DNA of 51,449 nucleotides from an uncultured Clostridia bacterium (GCA_947626865.1 CANQTZ010000003.1:1-51449), one strand, 5' to 3'; positions 1 to 9,249 are shown, counted from the stretch's first letter. Notes: generated by a model from the sequence alone, not told the origin. Numbers and translations: made by a program.

Positions 1-750
1 CCCTTGTGACTTGCTAATATCAATAGCAATTTCTTTCCCAATATAACCTAAATCACCACTAACAATAGCATCATAATAACTAGGACTTCTACCAGTATCC
101 AAAAAATGAGTAATAAGAGTATCTGCAAAAGCAGGTGCCATAGCAGCTCCCATATTATTAGCATCTTTAATTCCCATATCTACAATTTTACCAGGAGTAA
201 TATGAGTAACAAAAGGACCTGTACCATTTTTAGACAAAATAGCAGCACCTGAACCAGTAACTGTCCACTGGCTAGATGGCGGTCTTTGGTTTCCAAGTTC
301 AAGTGGAAATCTAAATTGCTTTTCAGCACTACAAAAATGACTAGAAGTAGCACATAACACATAATTTGCAAAACTTTCTATACAAACCGAACCTAAAATC
401 AAAGATTCAACAAATGTAGAACATGCACCAAATACACCAAAAAAAGGAATACTTAATTCTCTTAAGCCAAAACTAGAAGAAATACATTGATTAAGTAAAT
501 CGCCAGCAAACATACAATCAATCTCATTTGCAGGAATTCCAGATTTAGAAATAACTGTATTAACAGTCTCTTTTATAATCTTACTTTCAGCCTTTTCCCA
601 AGTCTTTTCACCCCAAAACTCATCATCCAAAGTTTGATCAAAATATTTGGCAAGTGGACCTTGAGCTTCTTTTGGACCTACAATAGAAGCACAATCTAAA
701 ATTGTAGGTGGGGTATTAAATTTAATAGTTTGTTTTCCTACTTTTTCCAA
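1..750 (-). CDS. spoVAD: Stage V sporulation protein AD (3' end runs off the window)
   Basis: Manual minus-strand translation from TTG at 750 (SD AGGAGA upstream): MEKVGKQTIKFNTPPTILDCASIVGPKEAQGPL...MFAGDLLNQ...GVFGACST...TASGQWTVTGSGA...NNMGAAMAPA, typical SpoVAD motifs. Not in the ORF track because the stop lies outside the window. Confidence 0.92.
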   Translation of the reverse strand, partial: MEKVGKQTIKFNTPPTILDCASIVGPKEAQGPLAKYFDQTLDDEFWGEKTWEKAESKIIKETVNTVISKSGIPANEIDCMFAGDLLNQCISSSFGLRELSIPFFGVFGACSTFVESLILGSVCIESFANYVLCATSSHFCSAEKQFRFPLELGNQRPPSSQWTVTGSGAAILSKNGTGPFVTHITPGKIVDMGIKDANNMGAAMAPAFADTLITHFLDTGRSPSYYDAIVSGDLGYIGKEIAIDISKSQG

Positions 751-787
751 AAAATCATCTCCTAAAAATATCTCATGTCGCGTTTGG

Positions 788-1097
788 GTGTCGCATTGGG
801 GACGTTTCATTTCCGACATTTTTGTCGTGTTGGGGACAGTGTCGCATTGGGGACGTTTCCTTTTGGACATTTTTGTCGCATTGGGGACAGTGTCGTGTTG
901 GGGACGTTTCCTTTTCGACATTTTTGTCGCATAAGGGACACATCTTAAAATTTTAACTAATATACCGTTATTAAAAAATATAATTTAGGTAACACATCTA
1001 TTTTATTAAGATGTGTCCCTAATGCGACAAAAATGTCGGAAAGGAAACGTCCCCAACGCGACAGAAATGTCGGAAAGGAAACGTCCCCAATGCGACA
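788..1097. repeat. REP/REPIN-like intergenic repeat, family A: three ~51-bp direct units (788-940) and an inverted copy (1006-1097) around a 57-bp AT-rich core
   Basis: Unit GTGTCGYRTTGGGGACGTTTCMTTTYSGACATTTTTGTCG...GGGACA repeats three times; its reverse complement follows the core. Confidence 0.85.
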
Positions 1098-1121
1098 TCC
1101 AGCACAAAGGAGAGAGGAAGA

Positions 1122-1688
1122 TTGAAGAACAAGAAATTTATAATTATAATTTGTACATGTATTTTAATTGTATTTGTATTTGCTTTTTTTTGCAGAGATA
1201 ATTTTTTTAAAATTTTATATCCAAAGACTTATAAAGATGTGGTTTCTTTGTATGAAGAAAAGTATCAAGTGGAAGAAAATTTGATTTTTGCACTTATTAA
1301 GGCAGAAAGTAATTTTGATAAAGATGCTATTTCTCATAGAAGTGCTATTGGTTTGATGCAACTTATGGAAGATACGGCCAAAGACGTAGCAAGGACAAAT
1401 GCGATAGATATAGAGTTTGAAAATATGAAGGAAGAACTTTGTGATGTGGATAAAAATGTCCAGATAGGAACTTGTTATTTATCAACCCTTATGGAGAGAT
1501 ATGGAAATAAGGAGGTTGCACTTGCTGCATATAATGCAGGTATTGGCACAGTAGATGGATGGATTGAAAAAGGAATTATAAAAAAGGATGGAACAGATAT
1601 TGAGAATATTCCATATAAAGAAACAAATAATTATGTAAGGAAAATATTAAGGGATTATAAAATTTATGAAGATTTATATGATAACTAA
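1122..1688 (+). CDS. Lytic transglycosylase (SLT domain) with N-terminal membrane anchor
   Basis: IKAESNF, AIGLMQL, ALAAYNAG and ETNNYV motifs. Confidence 0.92.
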   Translation: MKNKKFIIIICTCILIVFVFAFFCRDNFFKILYPKTYKDVVSLYEEKYQVEENLIFALIKAESNFDKDAISHRSAIGLMQLMEDTAKDVARTNAIDIEFENMKEELCDVDKNVQIGTCYLSTLMERYGNKEVALAAYNAGIGTVDGWIEKGIIKKDGTDIENIPYKETNNYVRKILRDYKIYEDLYDN

Positions 1689-1723
1689 ATAAATATACAT
1701 ATTAAAGAAAAGGTGATGACAAA

Positions 1724-2947
1724 ATGTTAATAGAACAATTGATATTTACAGTAATTGCATTTGTAATTTTTGTATATATGTTTTTTCGTATGATTCGAAA
1801 CAATGATACTACATATATAATGATATTAGTTTTAGAGGCAATAGGAATAGCACTTAATTTTTTAGAGGTATTATTTGGAATTAAATTAAATATGTTACTT
1901 GTTATTTTGAAATATATTTTATCAATAATACTTCCTATTGTAATTATGATATTAGAAAAAAGAAATATAACTTTATTTGAAATGGTATATATTAGAAAAG
2001 CAAAAATCTTTTTATTTTTGGGAGACAACAAAAAAGCTAAGCAAGCACTTATCAAGTTAGTGGAAAAAAATGAAAATTCGTATAAGGCACATAGAATGTT
2101 AGCAGAAATTTATGACCAAGAAGGTGGCATGAGAAAAGCAATAGATGAATATGTACAAGCAATTGATTTAAACAAAAAAGATTATGATTCATATTATCGT
2201 GTAGCAGAATTGTTAAATCATTTAAATAAAAAAGATGAAGCCTCTGAAATGTTGTTTAATTTATTAAATAAAAAGCCGGAGATGTATAAAGCAACTAATT
2301 TATTAGGAGAAATTTTGCTAGATAGTGGAAGATATAAAGAAGCAGTGAATATTTATCAAGAAGCTTTAAGATATAACCCTGTAAGTTATGAACTAAATTA
2401 TAATTTAGGAATTGCATATACTATGCTAAATGATTTTCAAAATGCAAAAATATGTTATGAAAAAGCAGCTGATATTAATTCATTAATATATAATGCAAAA
2501 TATTCACTTGCACAAATTGCTTTAATTTATAAAGACTTAGAAGAAGCTGAAAAAAGATTTTTAGAATCAATTGATGAGGAAGAATTATCAGCAGATGCAT
2601 ATTATGAATTAGCCAAAATTTATTTACTTAAAGGCGAAAAAGAAAAAGCCATAAAATACATAAATACAGCAATAGATAGCAATTCTAAAAAAATAGTGCA
2701 AAGGGTAAAAAAGGAGCCAATTTTTATTCCAATAATGGCTAAAATCTCAATTCCATTTAATTTAGAAGAACCAACTGGTCAAGAAAATAAATTACAGCCA
2801 AAAGAAATTAGAGTAAAAGAGCATTTAGAAAAAATGAGTGAAATAACTAGAAATTTAAGTTATAATGATATTGACTTATTAAGAAAAAATACACATCAAA
2901 AAGAAATAGTAGAAAAAGGACAAGAAGAAAGGGAAAAAGAAAATTAG
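1724..2947 (+). CDS. Membrane-anchored tetratricopeptide-repeat protein
   Basis: About three N-terminal TM segments, then repeated TPR patterns (e.g. YNLGIAY...A...YEKA). Confidence 0.85.
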   Translation: MLIEQLIFTVIAFVIFVYMFFRMIRNNDTTYIMILVLEAIGIALNFLEVLFGIKLNMLLVILKYILSIILPIVIMILEKRNITLFEMVYIRKAKIFLFLGDNKKAKQALIKLVEKNENSYKAHRMLAEIYDQEGGMRKAIDEYVQAIDLNKKDYDSYYRVAELLNHLNKKDEASEMLFNLLNKKPEMYKATNLLGEILLDSGRYKEAVNIYQEALRYNPVSYELNYNLGIAYTMLNDFQNAKICYEKAADINSLIYNAKYSLAQIALIYKDLEEAEKRFLESIDEEELSADAYYELAKIYLLKGEKEKAIKYINTAIDSNSKKIVQRVKKEPIFIPIMAKISIPFNLEEPTGQENKLQPKEIRVKEHLEKMSEITRNLSYNDIDLLRKNTHQKEIVEKGQEEREKEN

Positions 2948-3011
2948 TTTATATTAGAGCACTGTTCATAAAATTTCTATATTTTAATATACTTAAAATA
3001 AAAAGGAGGAA

Positions 3012-3057
3012 TAGTTTGAAAGAATGTAGGCTTTCATTTCTATGTGTGCCTTTTAAT
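3012..3057 (+). repeat. 46-bp dispersed repeat, copy 1 (copy 2 at 20887-20932)
   Basis: TAGTTTGAAAGAATGTAGGCTTTCATTTCTATGTGTGCCTTTTAAT; 2 mismatches to copy 2. Confidence 0.85.
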
Positions 3058-3083
3058 GAAGCAAGAAAGGAAAGGGATTTTTT

Positions 3084-3962
3084 ATGAATAGGAATTTTGC
3101 CATAATAGGCGGAGATTTAAGGATGGTAAAATTAGCAAAATTGTTTGCTTGTGAGGGAAGCAATGTATATACTTATGGATTAGAAGAAGCGGAAGAACTT
3201 AAAAATATTGAAAATATTACATTTTGCAATCAATTAAATGAGGCAATTGAAAATGTAGAGATTGTAATTGGACCAACTCCATTTTGTAGTAATGGAAAAG
3301 ACATAAATGCTGTATATAGCAAACAAAATATAACTTGTGAGCAATTAATAGAGGAAAGCTCGAATAAAACAATTATTGCAGGAAGTATTGCAACTAAGAT
3401 ATATGAATTAGTTAATGACAAAGACAAAATAATAGATATTATGAAGAGGGAAGAATTAGCAATACTAAATACTATTGCAACAGCAGAAGGAACCATTGAA
3501 ATTGCAATTTCTAATACAGATAAGGTAATTCATGGAAGCGAAATTTTAATTTTAGGATTTGGAAGGGTAGCTAAAATTTTAGCTAGTAAAATGAAAGCTT
3601 TGGAAGCAAATATTACTTGCTCTGCAAGAAAAGAAAAAGATTTCGCATGGATAAAAGCTTATGGCTATAAATCAACAAATATTAATGAATTAGGAAGAAA
3701 TTTGTCTAATTATGATATTATAATTAATACAGTACCATATCAAATTTTAAAACAAAATAATTTACAATATGTAAAAAATGATTGCTTATTGATTGACCTT
3801 GCTTCTAGTCCGGGAGGAATTGACAGAGACTTTGCTAAAATAAAAGGCTTAAAATTGATTTGGGCATTAGCTTTGCCTGGCAAAGTTGCACCAGTTACAA
3901 CAGCAAAAATTATGAAAAATACAATATATAATATTTTAAAAGAGGAGAAAGATAAATGTTAA
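3084..3962 (+). CDS. dpaA: Dipicolinate synthase subunit A
   Basis: IIGGDLR N-terminus, NTIATAEG, LGFGRVAK, IDLASSPGG, ALPGKVAP. Confidence 0.9.
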   Translation: MNRNFAIIGGDLRMVKLAKLFACEGSNVYTYGLEEAEELKNIENITFCNQLNEAIENVEIVIGPTPFCSNGKDINAVYSKQNITCEQLIEESSNKTIIAGSIATKIYELVNDKDKIIDIMKREELAILNTIATAEGTIEIAISNTDKVIHGSEILILGFGRVAKILASKMKALEANITCSARKEKDFAWIKAYGYKSTNINELGRNLSNYDIIINTVPYQILKQNNLQYVKNDCLLIDLASSPGGIDRDFAKIKGLKLIWALALPGKVAPVTTAKIMKNTIYNILKEEKDKC

Positions 3963-4827
3963 TAGAAGTAATAAAAGCTATTTTATTTGGAATAGTTGAA
4001 GGAATAACAGAGTGGTTACCAATTAGTAGTACAGGGCATTTAATATTAGTAGAACAATTTGTAAAATTTAAACAGGTATCTCCAGAATTTTGGAGCATGT
4101 TTCAAGTAGTAATACAATTTGGAGCTATTTTAGCAGTAGTATTATTATATTGGAATCATATTTGGCCTTTGACAAAAAACAAGGAAAAAGCTATCAAAAA
4201 AACAGGAATTTTGTCTTATTTTGATAAGAAAACAATGCAGTTATGGGGAAAAATTTTAGTTGCTTGTGTGCCAGCAGCTATAATAGGTTTAATGTTTGAT
4301 GAAGTTTTCGAAGCATTATTTTACAATCCATTTTGTATTGCAATAGCCTTAATTGTATTTGGAATTGCTTTTATTGTAATAGAAAACTATAATAAGAAAA
4401 ATAAAAATAAGAAAGCAAAAGAAAAGAATAGTGAAATTACATATAAAGATGCCATTATCATTGGTATATTTCAATTACTAGCAGCTATATTCCCAGGCAC
4501 ATCACGTTCGCGGATCAACTATTTTAGGAGGCTTGCTAATAGGCTTAACTAGACCAAATGCGGCAGAATTTACTTTTTACTTAGCTATTCCAACTATGTT
4601 ACGGAGCAAGTTTATTAAAACTAGTAAAATTTGGATTTGGTTTTACAGGAATAGAACTGATTATTTTAATTGTTGGGATGGTCATTTCATTCTTAGTATC
4701 AGTAATTGTAATTAAATTCTTAATGAGTTATATAAAGAAACATGATTTTAAAGCATTTGGATATTATAGAATTATTTTAGGATTACTTGTTTTAGTATAT
4801 TTTGGTATTACAAAAGGCATGAATTAA
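3956..4827 (+). CDS. uppP: Undecaprenyl-diphosphate phosphatase; needs two +1 shifts at CGGA (4511, 4602)
   Basis: [15 protein letters not shown]. Skipping C4511 gives PGTSRS-G-STILGG; skipping C4602 gives AIPTML-G-ASLLK...[12 protein letters not shown], stop at 4825-4827. Confidence 0.9.
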
Positions 4828-4838
4828 ATTTCATGCCT
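4815..4838. terminator. Hairpin between convergent genes
   Basis: AGGCATGAA-ttaaat-TTCATGCCT. Confidence 0.55.
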
Positions 4839-4845
4839 AAACTAT

Positions 4846-5082
4846 TTATTCAACTTTTCTATTTTGTCTTTCATTTGAAGTTCCACACATTTTTTCATAT
4901 TCTTTACATTTAATTTTGTAATCCATTTGCATACATAAATAGCGATAATAACTACAAGCCTGTTCATATTGCATCATTGGATTAAAAAAAGGGTCTTTAT
5001 AGACTTCATTCATATCCATACCATTATAGTCCATATAAGGTGGCATGAAGCCATTATTAAAATCTCTTTCCATATCAATCAA
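4846..5082 (-). CDS. Small hypothetical protein (Met/Tyr-rich, possibly sporulation-related)
   Basis: Short ORF with SD AAGGAG near its 5' end; downstream of ylbJ on the same strand. Confidence 0.6.
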   Translation of the reverse strand: MIDMERDFNNGFMPPYMDYNGMDMNEVYKDPFFNPMMQYEQACSYYRYLCMQMDYKIKCKEYEKMCGTSNERQNRKVE

Positions 5083-5122
5083 CTCCTTGTTTCAATATAT
5101 GTAAGAAAACAAAATACTATAA

Positions 5123-6196
5123 CTATAAATCAAAATTAAAAAAAGGAAAAACTTGCATGAATAAATAAGTATAAAAGCTAGCAAATATACCATGAAGCAA
5201 TTTTCCATATACATAAGGTTTGATAGATAAATCTGTTTTAGCTGTAATACTCCAAACTTGAAGAAGAATAGAAATACCGCCAAATCCAAGTAAAAAAGCA
5301 GTAAGTATAATATTCAAAGAAATCTTTTTACAATGAATAGCACAAATATTATTAATACCATTAGTAATTTCGAGTAACCCAGTTAAAATTCCTTGAATAA
5401 AGCTAGTATCAATATTTAAAAAGTTAAAACATGGTGAAAGTAAAGCAGTAAAAAAATTAAATAATCCACTAGCTTTAAGAATTGATATTATACTTGAAAA
5501 AATAACAACAAATCCTCCAATTAAAAGAATAGTAGAAATACTAGTTGTAATACTTTGGGCTAAAATTTCTCCTAAATTGGAAAAAGATGCAGGCTTTTGA
5601 GATTTATTAGAAAAGATTGAATTAGTACTACTTAGATAAGTATTAGTATTTCTCTTCCAATAGCGAAAAATAAAACCAACTGTTAGGCAAGCAAGTAAAT
5701 GAGTAACAAATAGTAAAATACCAATAGTTGTACTTCCAAACATCAAAATTCCAACTGTGCCAATAATAAATAAAGGACCAGAATTATTAGTAAAACTAAG
5801 CAACCTTTCACATTCTTCTTTACTACAAATATTATTTTGTCTAAAATTGCATGCAATTTTTGCACCAACTGGGTAACCACTAATAATTCCCATAATAAAA
5901 GCAAAAGAACCTTCTCCTCGAATATTAAAAATAGGTTTCATATAACAATTTAATAAATTGCCTAGCAAAGAAACAATATTGGTGTGCATTAGTAATTCAG
6001 TTGCGACAAAAAAAGGAAATAATGATGGAATAACAGAATTTGCCCATAAACTCAGTCCTGATTTTACAGCAGGTAAATTACTTTTGGAAAAGATTAATAA
6101 ACAAAAGGTAAATCCTAAAAATAAAAGGGGCAGAAAATTTCTTTTTAATTTTATAACATAGATACTTGGTTTTGCTACCATAAACAATTCCTCCAT
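5123..6196 (-). CDS. ylbJ: Sporulation integral membrane protein YlbJ
   Basis: GLSLWANSVIPSLFPFF, GYPVGAK, NNSGPLFIIGTVG, GLLEITNG, GFGGISI motifs. Confidence 0.88.
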   Translation of the reverse strand: MEELFMVAKPSIYVIKLKRNFLPLLFLGFTFCLLIFSKSNLPAVKSGLSLWANSVIPSLFPFFVATELLMHTNIVSLLGNLLNCYMKPIFNIRGEGSFAFIMGIISGYPVGAKIACNFRQNNICSKEECERLLSFTNNSGPLFIIGTVGILMFGSTTIGILLFVTHLLACLTVGFIFRYWKRNTNTYLSSTNSIFSNKSQKPASFSNLGEILAQSITTSISTILLIGGFVVIFSSIISILKASGLFNFFTALLSPCFNFLNIDTSFIQGILTGLLEITNGINNICAIHCKKISLNIILTAFLLGFGGISILLQVWSITAKTDLSIKPYVYGKLLHGIFASFYTYLFMQVFPFFNFDL

Positions 6197-6258
6197 TCTA
6201 TTATAATATATTAGTAGAAATGAAGATTATGTCAGTTGCAATTTTTTTATATTTTGTA

Positions 6259-6287
6259 TTGACAATTAATGGAATATATGGTTTAAT
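6259..6287 (+). promoter_or_regulatory. Sigma-A-like promoter
   Basis: TTGACA-17 bp-TTTAAT. Confidence 0.6.
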
Positions 6288-6370
6288 GTTTACAAGCGAA
6301 GCAAAAACGTAAAATTTTACATATAAAGCCTGCTTAGCATTGAAAATTTTTGTAGAAAGGTGGTAAGATT

Positions 6371-7039
6371 ATGGAAGATGTTATAGCAACAACGTTATTA
6401 AAGGAATTCAGAGAATTTCGAGCAGAAAATAACGAAAGATGGGAAAACAACGAAAGAAGATGGGAAGAAAATGACAAAAGATGGGAAGAGAACGAAAGAA
6501 GATGGGAAGAAAATGACAAAAGATGGGAAGAGAATGAAAAAAGATGGGAAAATAACGAAAGAAGATGGGAAGAAAACGAAAAGAGATGGGAAAATAACGA
6601 AAGAAGATGGGAAGAGAATGAAAAGAGATGGGAAAACAACGAAAGAAGATGGGAGGAAAATGACAAAAGATGGTGTGAGAATGACAAACGTTGGGAGCAA
6701 AACGAAAGTAGATGGCAAGGAAATAAGCAAGTTTTAGCAAGTATAGATAAAAGATTAACTAATTTAGAAGAAGCAAGAAAAAAAGATAGAAGAGAATTAA
6801 TAGAAGTACTAGATACAATGCAAAAAAGCATAGATAATCAGTTTAAAGAGATGCAGACTCATTTTGATATGAAATTTGATAAAATATTTGCTGCCCAAAG
6901 AGTATATGAACTTGAAAATTCACAATTCAAGAGAATATTTTGCGCACACGAAAAAAGGCTTGACTTCCAGGATTCAAAACTAGACTATATAGAAAATTGG
7001 ATTGATCAGTTTGATTTAGGGGAATTGTCACCAGCATAG
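6371..7039 (+). CDS. Coiled-coil protein with 14 Trp-containing heptad repeats
   Basis: Repeats of RW(E)(E/N)N(E/D)(K/R); SD AAGGTGG upstream. Confidence 0.8.
   Translation: MEDVIATTLLKEFREFRAENNERWENNERRWEENDKRWEENERRWEENDKRWEENEKRWENNERRWEENEKRWENNERRWEENEKRWENNERRWEENDKRWCENDKRWEQNESRWQGNKQVLASIDKRLTNLEEARKKDRRELIEVLDTMQKSIDNQFKEMQTHFDMKFDKIFAAQRVYELENSQFKRIFCAHEKRLDFQDSKLDYIENWIDQFDLGELSPA
6437..6730 (+). repeat. 21-bp coding tandem repeat, about 14 units
   Basis: AGATGGGAAGARAAYGAMAAR-like unit seen directly. Confidence 0.9.
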
Positions 7040-7129
7040 GTTTTATATGGATTGATATGAACTGTAACTTTGGTAGTTGCAGTTCTTTAAAGTAAATTAC
7101 AACAAATTGTATTAAAAATCAAAAAACTA

Positions 7130-7158
7130 TTGCAAAAAATAAAAGAATGGTTTATACT
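7130..7158 (+). promoter_or_regulatory. Sigma-A-like promoter upstream of the pilin-Hint gene
   Basis: TTGCAA-17 bp-TATACT. Confidence 0.55.
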
Positions 7159-7399
7159 AAGAATAGATACATGACAAATTATGTACAAGAACAAAAAATA
7201 TTAAAAAAGTCGAAAAAAGTATTGCAAAATAAGTGGAAGATGTGATATATAATTGAGTAAGGTTTATATAATCAGAACACAACATAATATCACTTTAAAG
7301 CCATGAGAAAAAACCAAAAGAAAAAAGAAGGAGGTAAACGAGATGCAAGAGGCAAAAGAAGAACAAAAAGAAAAAAACGAAAGAGGAGGTGAGAAAGAA

Positions 7400-8671
7400 A
7401 TGAAAAATAAAAGTAAAAGACAAAAAGGTATTACATTGATAGCATTGGTTATTACAATAATAGTCTTGTTAATTTTAGCAGGGGTAAGCATAGCAATGTT
7501 GACAGGAGAAAATGGAATATTAACAAAAGCAAGTGGTGCAAAAGTAGAAAATGCACATGCTTCTGTGAAAGAAGCGATGAGATTGGAATATACAGAATAC
7601 ATATTTGAAAAAAATCAAGGACAAAGTACAGGGACGTTAATAGATTATTTACAAGGTAAAGAAATAATAGGCGAAGCAGGGGAAGACGGAAAATATAAGA
7701 TAGATGTAGAAAAATTATCAAATACAGCAATAGATTTAGGGAAAGGAACAGATGGAAAAGATGTTTATATGTTAGAAGAAGTGGCAGGAGAGGAAACAGA
7801 AGGTGTTGGTACAGGAAAATTAGGAGAAATTGCATCAATAAAACCAATAAAAATTGCAGAAGCTACAGAAAGTGAAACAGGAAAAAACTATAAGATTATG
7901 TATTATGGTAAAACAGAAAGTGAAAATAGAGAAATAACTACATTAACAGATATTGTTAAAGCTGAAAAGAAATTTGGCGAGCCTTTTACTTTTTATATAG
8001 ATATTACAGGAGCAGAAAGTTCTAAAAATGGTATTTATGAATGTACAGGGCTGGATGGTATGACTTGGCGTGAGTGGATTTGTTCCGAGTTTAATAAATT
8101 GGAAGTAGTATGTACTGATGGAGAAGGGAATTGTCCGAACTTGCGTGGTACTGGTGTGATGTGTACCAGTGTCGTGGGGGAAGATATTATAGAGCCTAAC
8201 GAAACCTATTCTTTTTGGAGAGTAGTCGAATGTGTCTATCCAAATTCTAATATTTTAGTATCAAAAGAAGGAAAAACATTACAAGCCAAAGATATAAAAG
8301 AAGGAAATGAAATAGCATACTATAATTTTGAAAAAGAGCAAGTAGAAATTGGAACAGTAGAAAAAGCATATATTCATAAACAAGCAACAAACTTTGTAAG
8401 ATACAAATTTGAAGATGGAAGTTATTTAGAAGCAACAGATTATCATCCAATATATACAAAAGAAGGATGGAAATCATACACGAGAAGAAATGGATACGAA
8501 AAACCAGAAGTTGGGGACGAAGTAAAAACTGAAAAAGGTTGGAAAAAATTAATATCAATTGAAGGTTTTGAAGGATTAGAAGATTGTTATGATTTTGTAG
8601 TAAAAGGAAAAGACGGAAAAATAATAAATAACTACTATGCAAATGGAACATTAGTACAAGGTTCTTATTAG
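7400..8671 (+). CDS. Type IV pilin-like protein with C-terminal Hint (intein/Hedgehog-like) domain; alternative in-frame start at 7343
   Basis: KG|ITLIALVITIIVLLILAGVS prepilin-like N-terminus. Hint domain from Cys at 8231 (CVYPNSNILV...LEATDYHPIY...CYDFVV...NYYANGTLV). Confidence 0.8.
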   Translation: MKNKSKRQKGITLIALVITIIVLLILAGVSIAMLTGENGILTKASGAKVENAHASVKEAMRLEYTEYIFEKNQGQSTGTLIDYLQGKEIIGEAGEDGKYKIDVEKLSNTAIDLGKGTDGKDVYMLEEVAGEETEGVGTGKLGEIASIKPIKIAEATESETGKNYKIMYYGKTESENREITTLTDIVKAEKKFGEPFTFYIDITGAESSKNGIYECTGLDGMTWREWICSEFNKLEVVCTDGEGNCPNLRGTGVMCTSVVGEDIIEPNETYSFWRVVECVYPNSNILVSKEGKTLQAKDIKEGNEIAYYNFEKEQVEIGTVEKAYIHKQATNFVRYKFEDGSYLEATDYHPIYTKEGWKSYTRRNGYEKPEVGDEVKTEKGWKKLISIEGFEGLEDCYDFVVKGKDGKIINNYYANGTLVQGSY

Positions 8672-8815
8672 GTTATTAATAGGTAGGTTAGATTAATTCT
8701 AGCTTACCTTGTGTTACAGTTCAGTATAAAATATATTAAACTTTCTTGTTGTAATTTGTTTTACTGAATAGTAACCGCCTGTAACCCAAAAATGCTAAAA
8801 AAACAAGAAAAACAC

Positions 8816-8844
8816 TTGAAATTTTTTCAAAAATATAGTACAAT
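8816..8844 (+). promoter_or_regulatory. Sigma-A-like promoter of rpsO
   Basis: TTGAAA-17 bp-TACAAT. Confidence 0.6.
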
Positions 8845-8985
8845 AGGTATGTCAAAAAGACATACCTTTTACTTAGCTTAAAATTTAAGCACCTAAATTT
8901 AAGCCCAGTTTAAGGAAAAACAAAATATAAGGTGTAAGTTTGAAAAAATCAAACTAAAAAGAGCCTTGAGAAAGGAGAATGAAAA

Positions 8986-9249
8986 ATGACAAAGGAAAGA
9001 AAACAAGAAATCATTAATACTTATAAAAGAGAAGAAAACGATACAGGATCACCAGAAGTACAAATAGCTCTATTAACACAAAGAATTAATGAACTAACAG
9101 AACATTTAAAAATCCACAAAAAAGACAATCATTCAAGACGTGGACTATTAAAAATGGTAGGAAAAAGAAGAAATTTGTTAAACTATTTATCTAAAAAAGA
9201 CATCAACCGTTACAGAGAAATAGTTGAAAAATTAGGATTAAGAAAATAA
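8986..9249 (+). CDS. rpsO: 30S ribosomal protein S15
   Basis: [13 protein letters not shown]...[19 protein letters not shown]. Confidence 0.99.
   Translation: MTKERKQEIINTYKREENDTGSPEVQIALLTQRINELTEHLKIHKKDNHSRRGLLKMVGKRRNLLNYLSKKDINRYREIVEKLGLRK

Noticed and set aside
788-1097. CRISPR array (also 18241-18342 and 51376-51449)
   Set aside because: Units are contiguous without unique spacers, include inverted copies, and no cas genes are present.
1013-1201. Short ORFs over the repeats (1013+, 21302+, 21327-) and the many short antisense ORFs in the track
   Set aside because: They overlap repeats or lie antisense to well-supported genes, with no SD or recognisable motifs.
6334-6831. Overlapping antisense and alternative-frame ORFs (6334-, 6398-, 6408-, 6471+)
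   Set aside because: By-products of the stop-free 21-bp repeat.
7400-8671. Second target of this DGR
   Set aside because: Shares only the pilin N-terminus; no similarity to TR was found.
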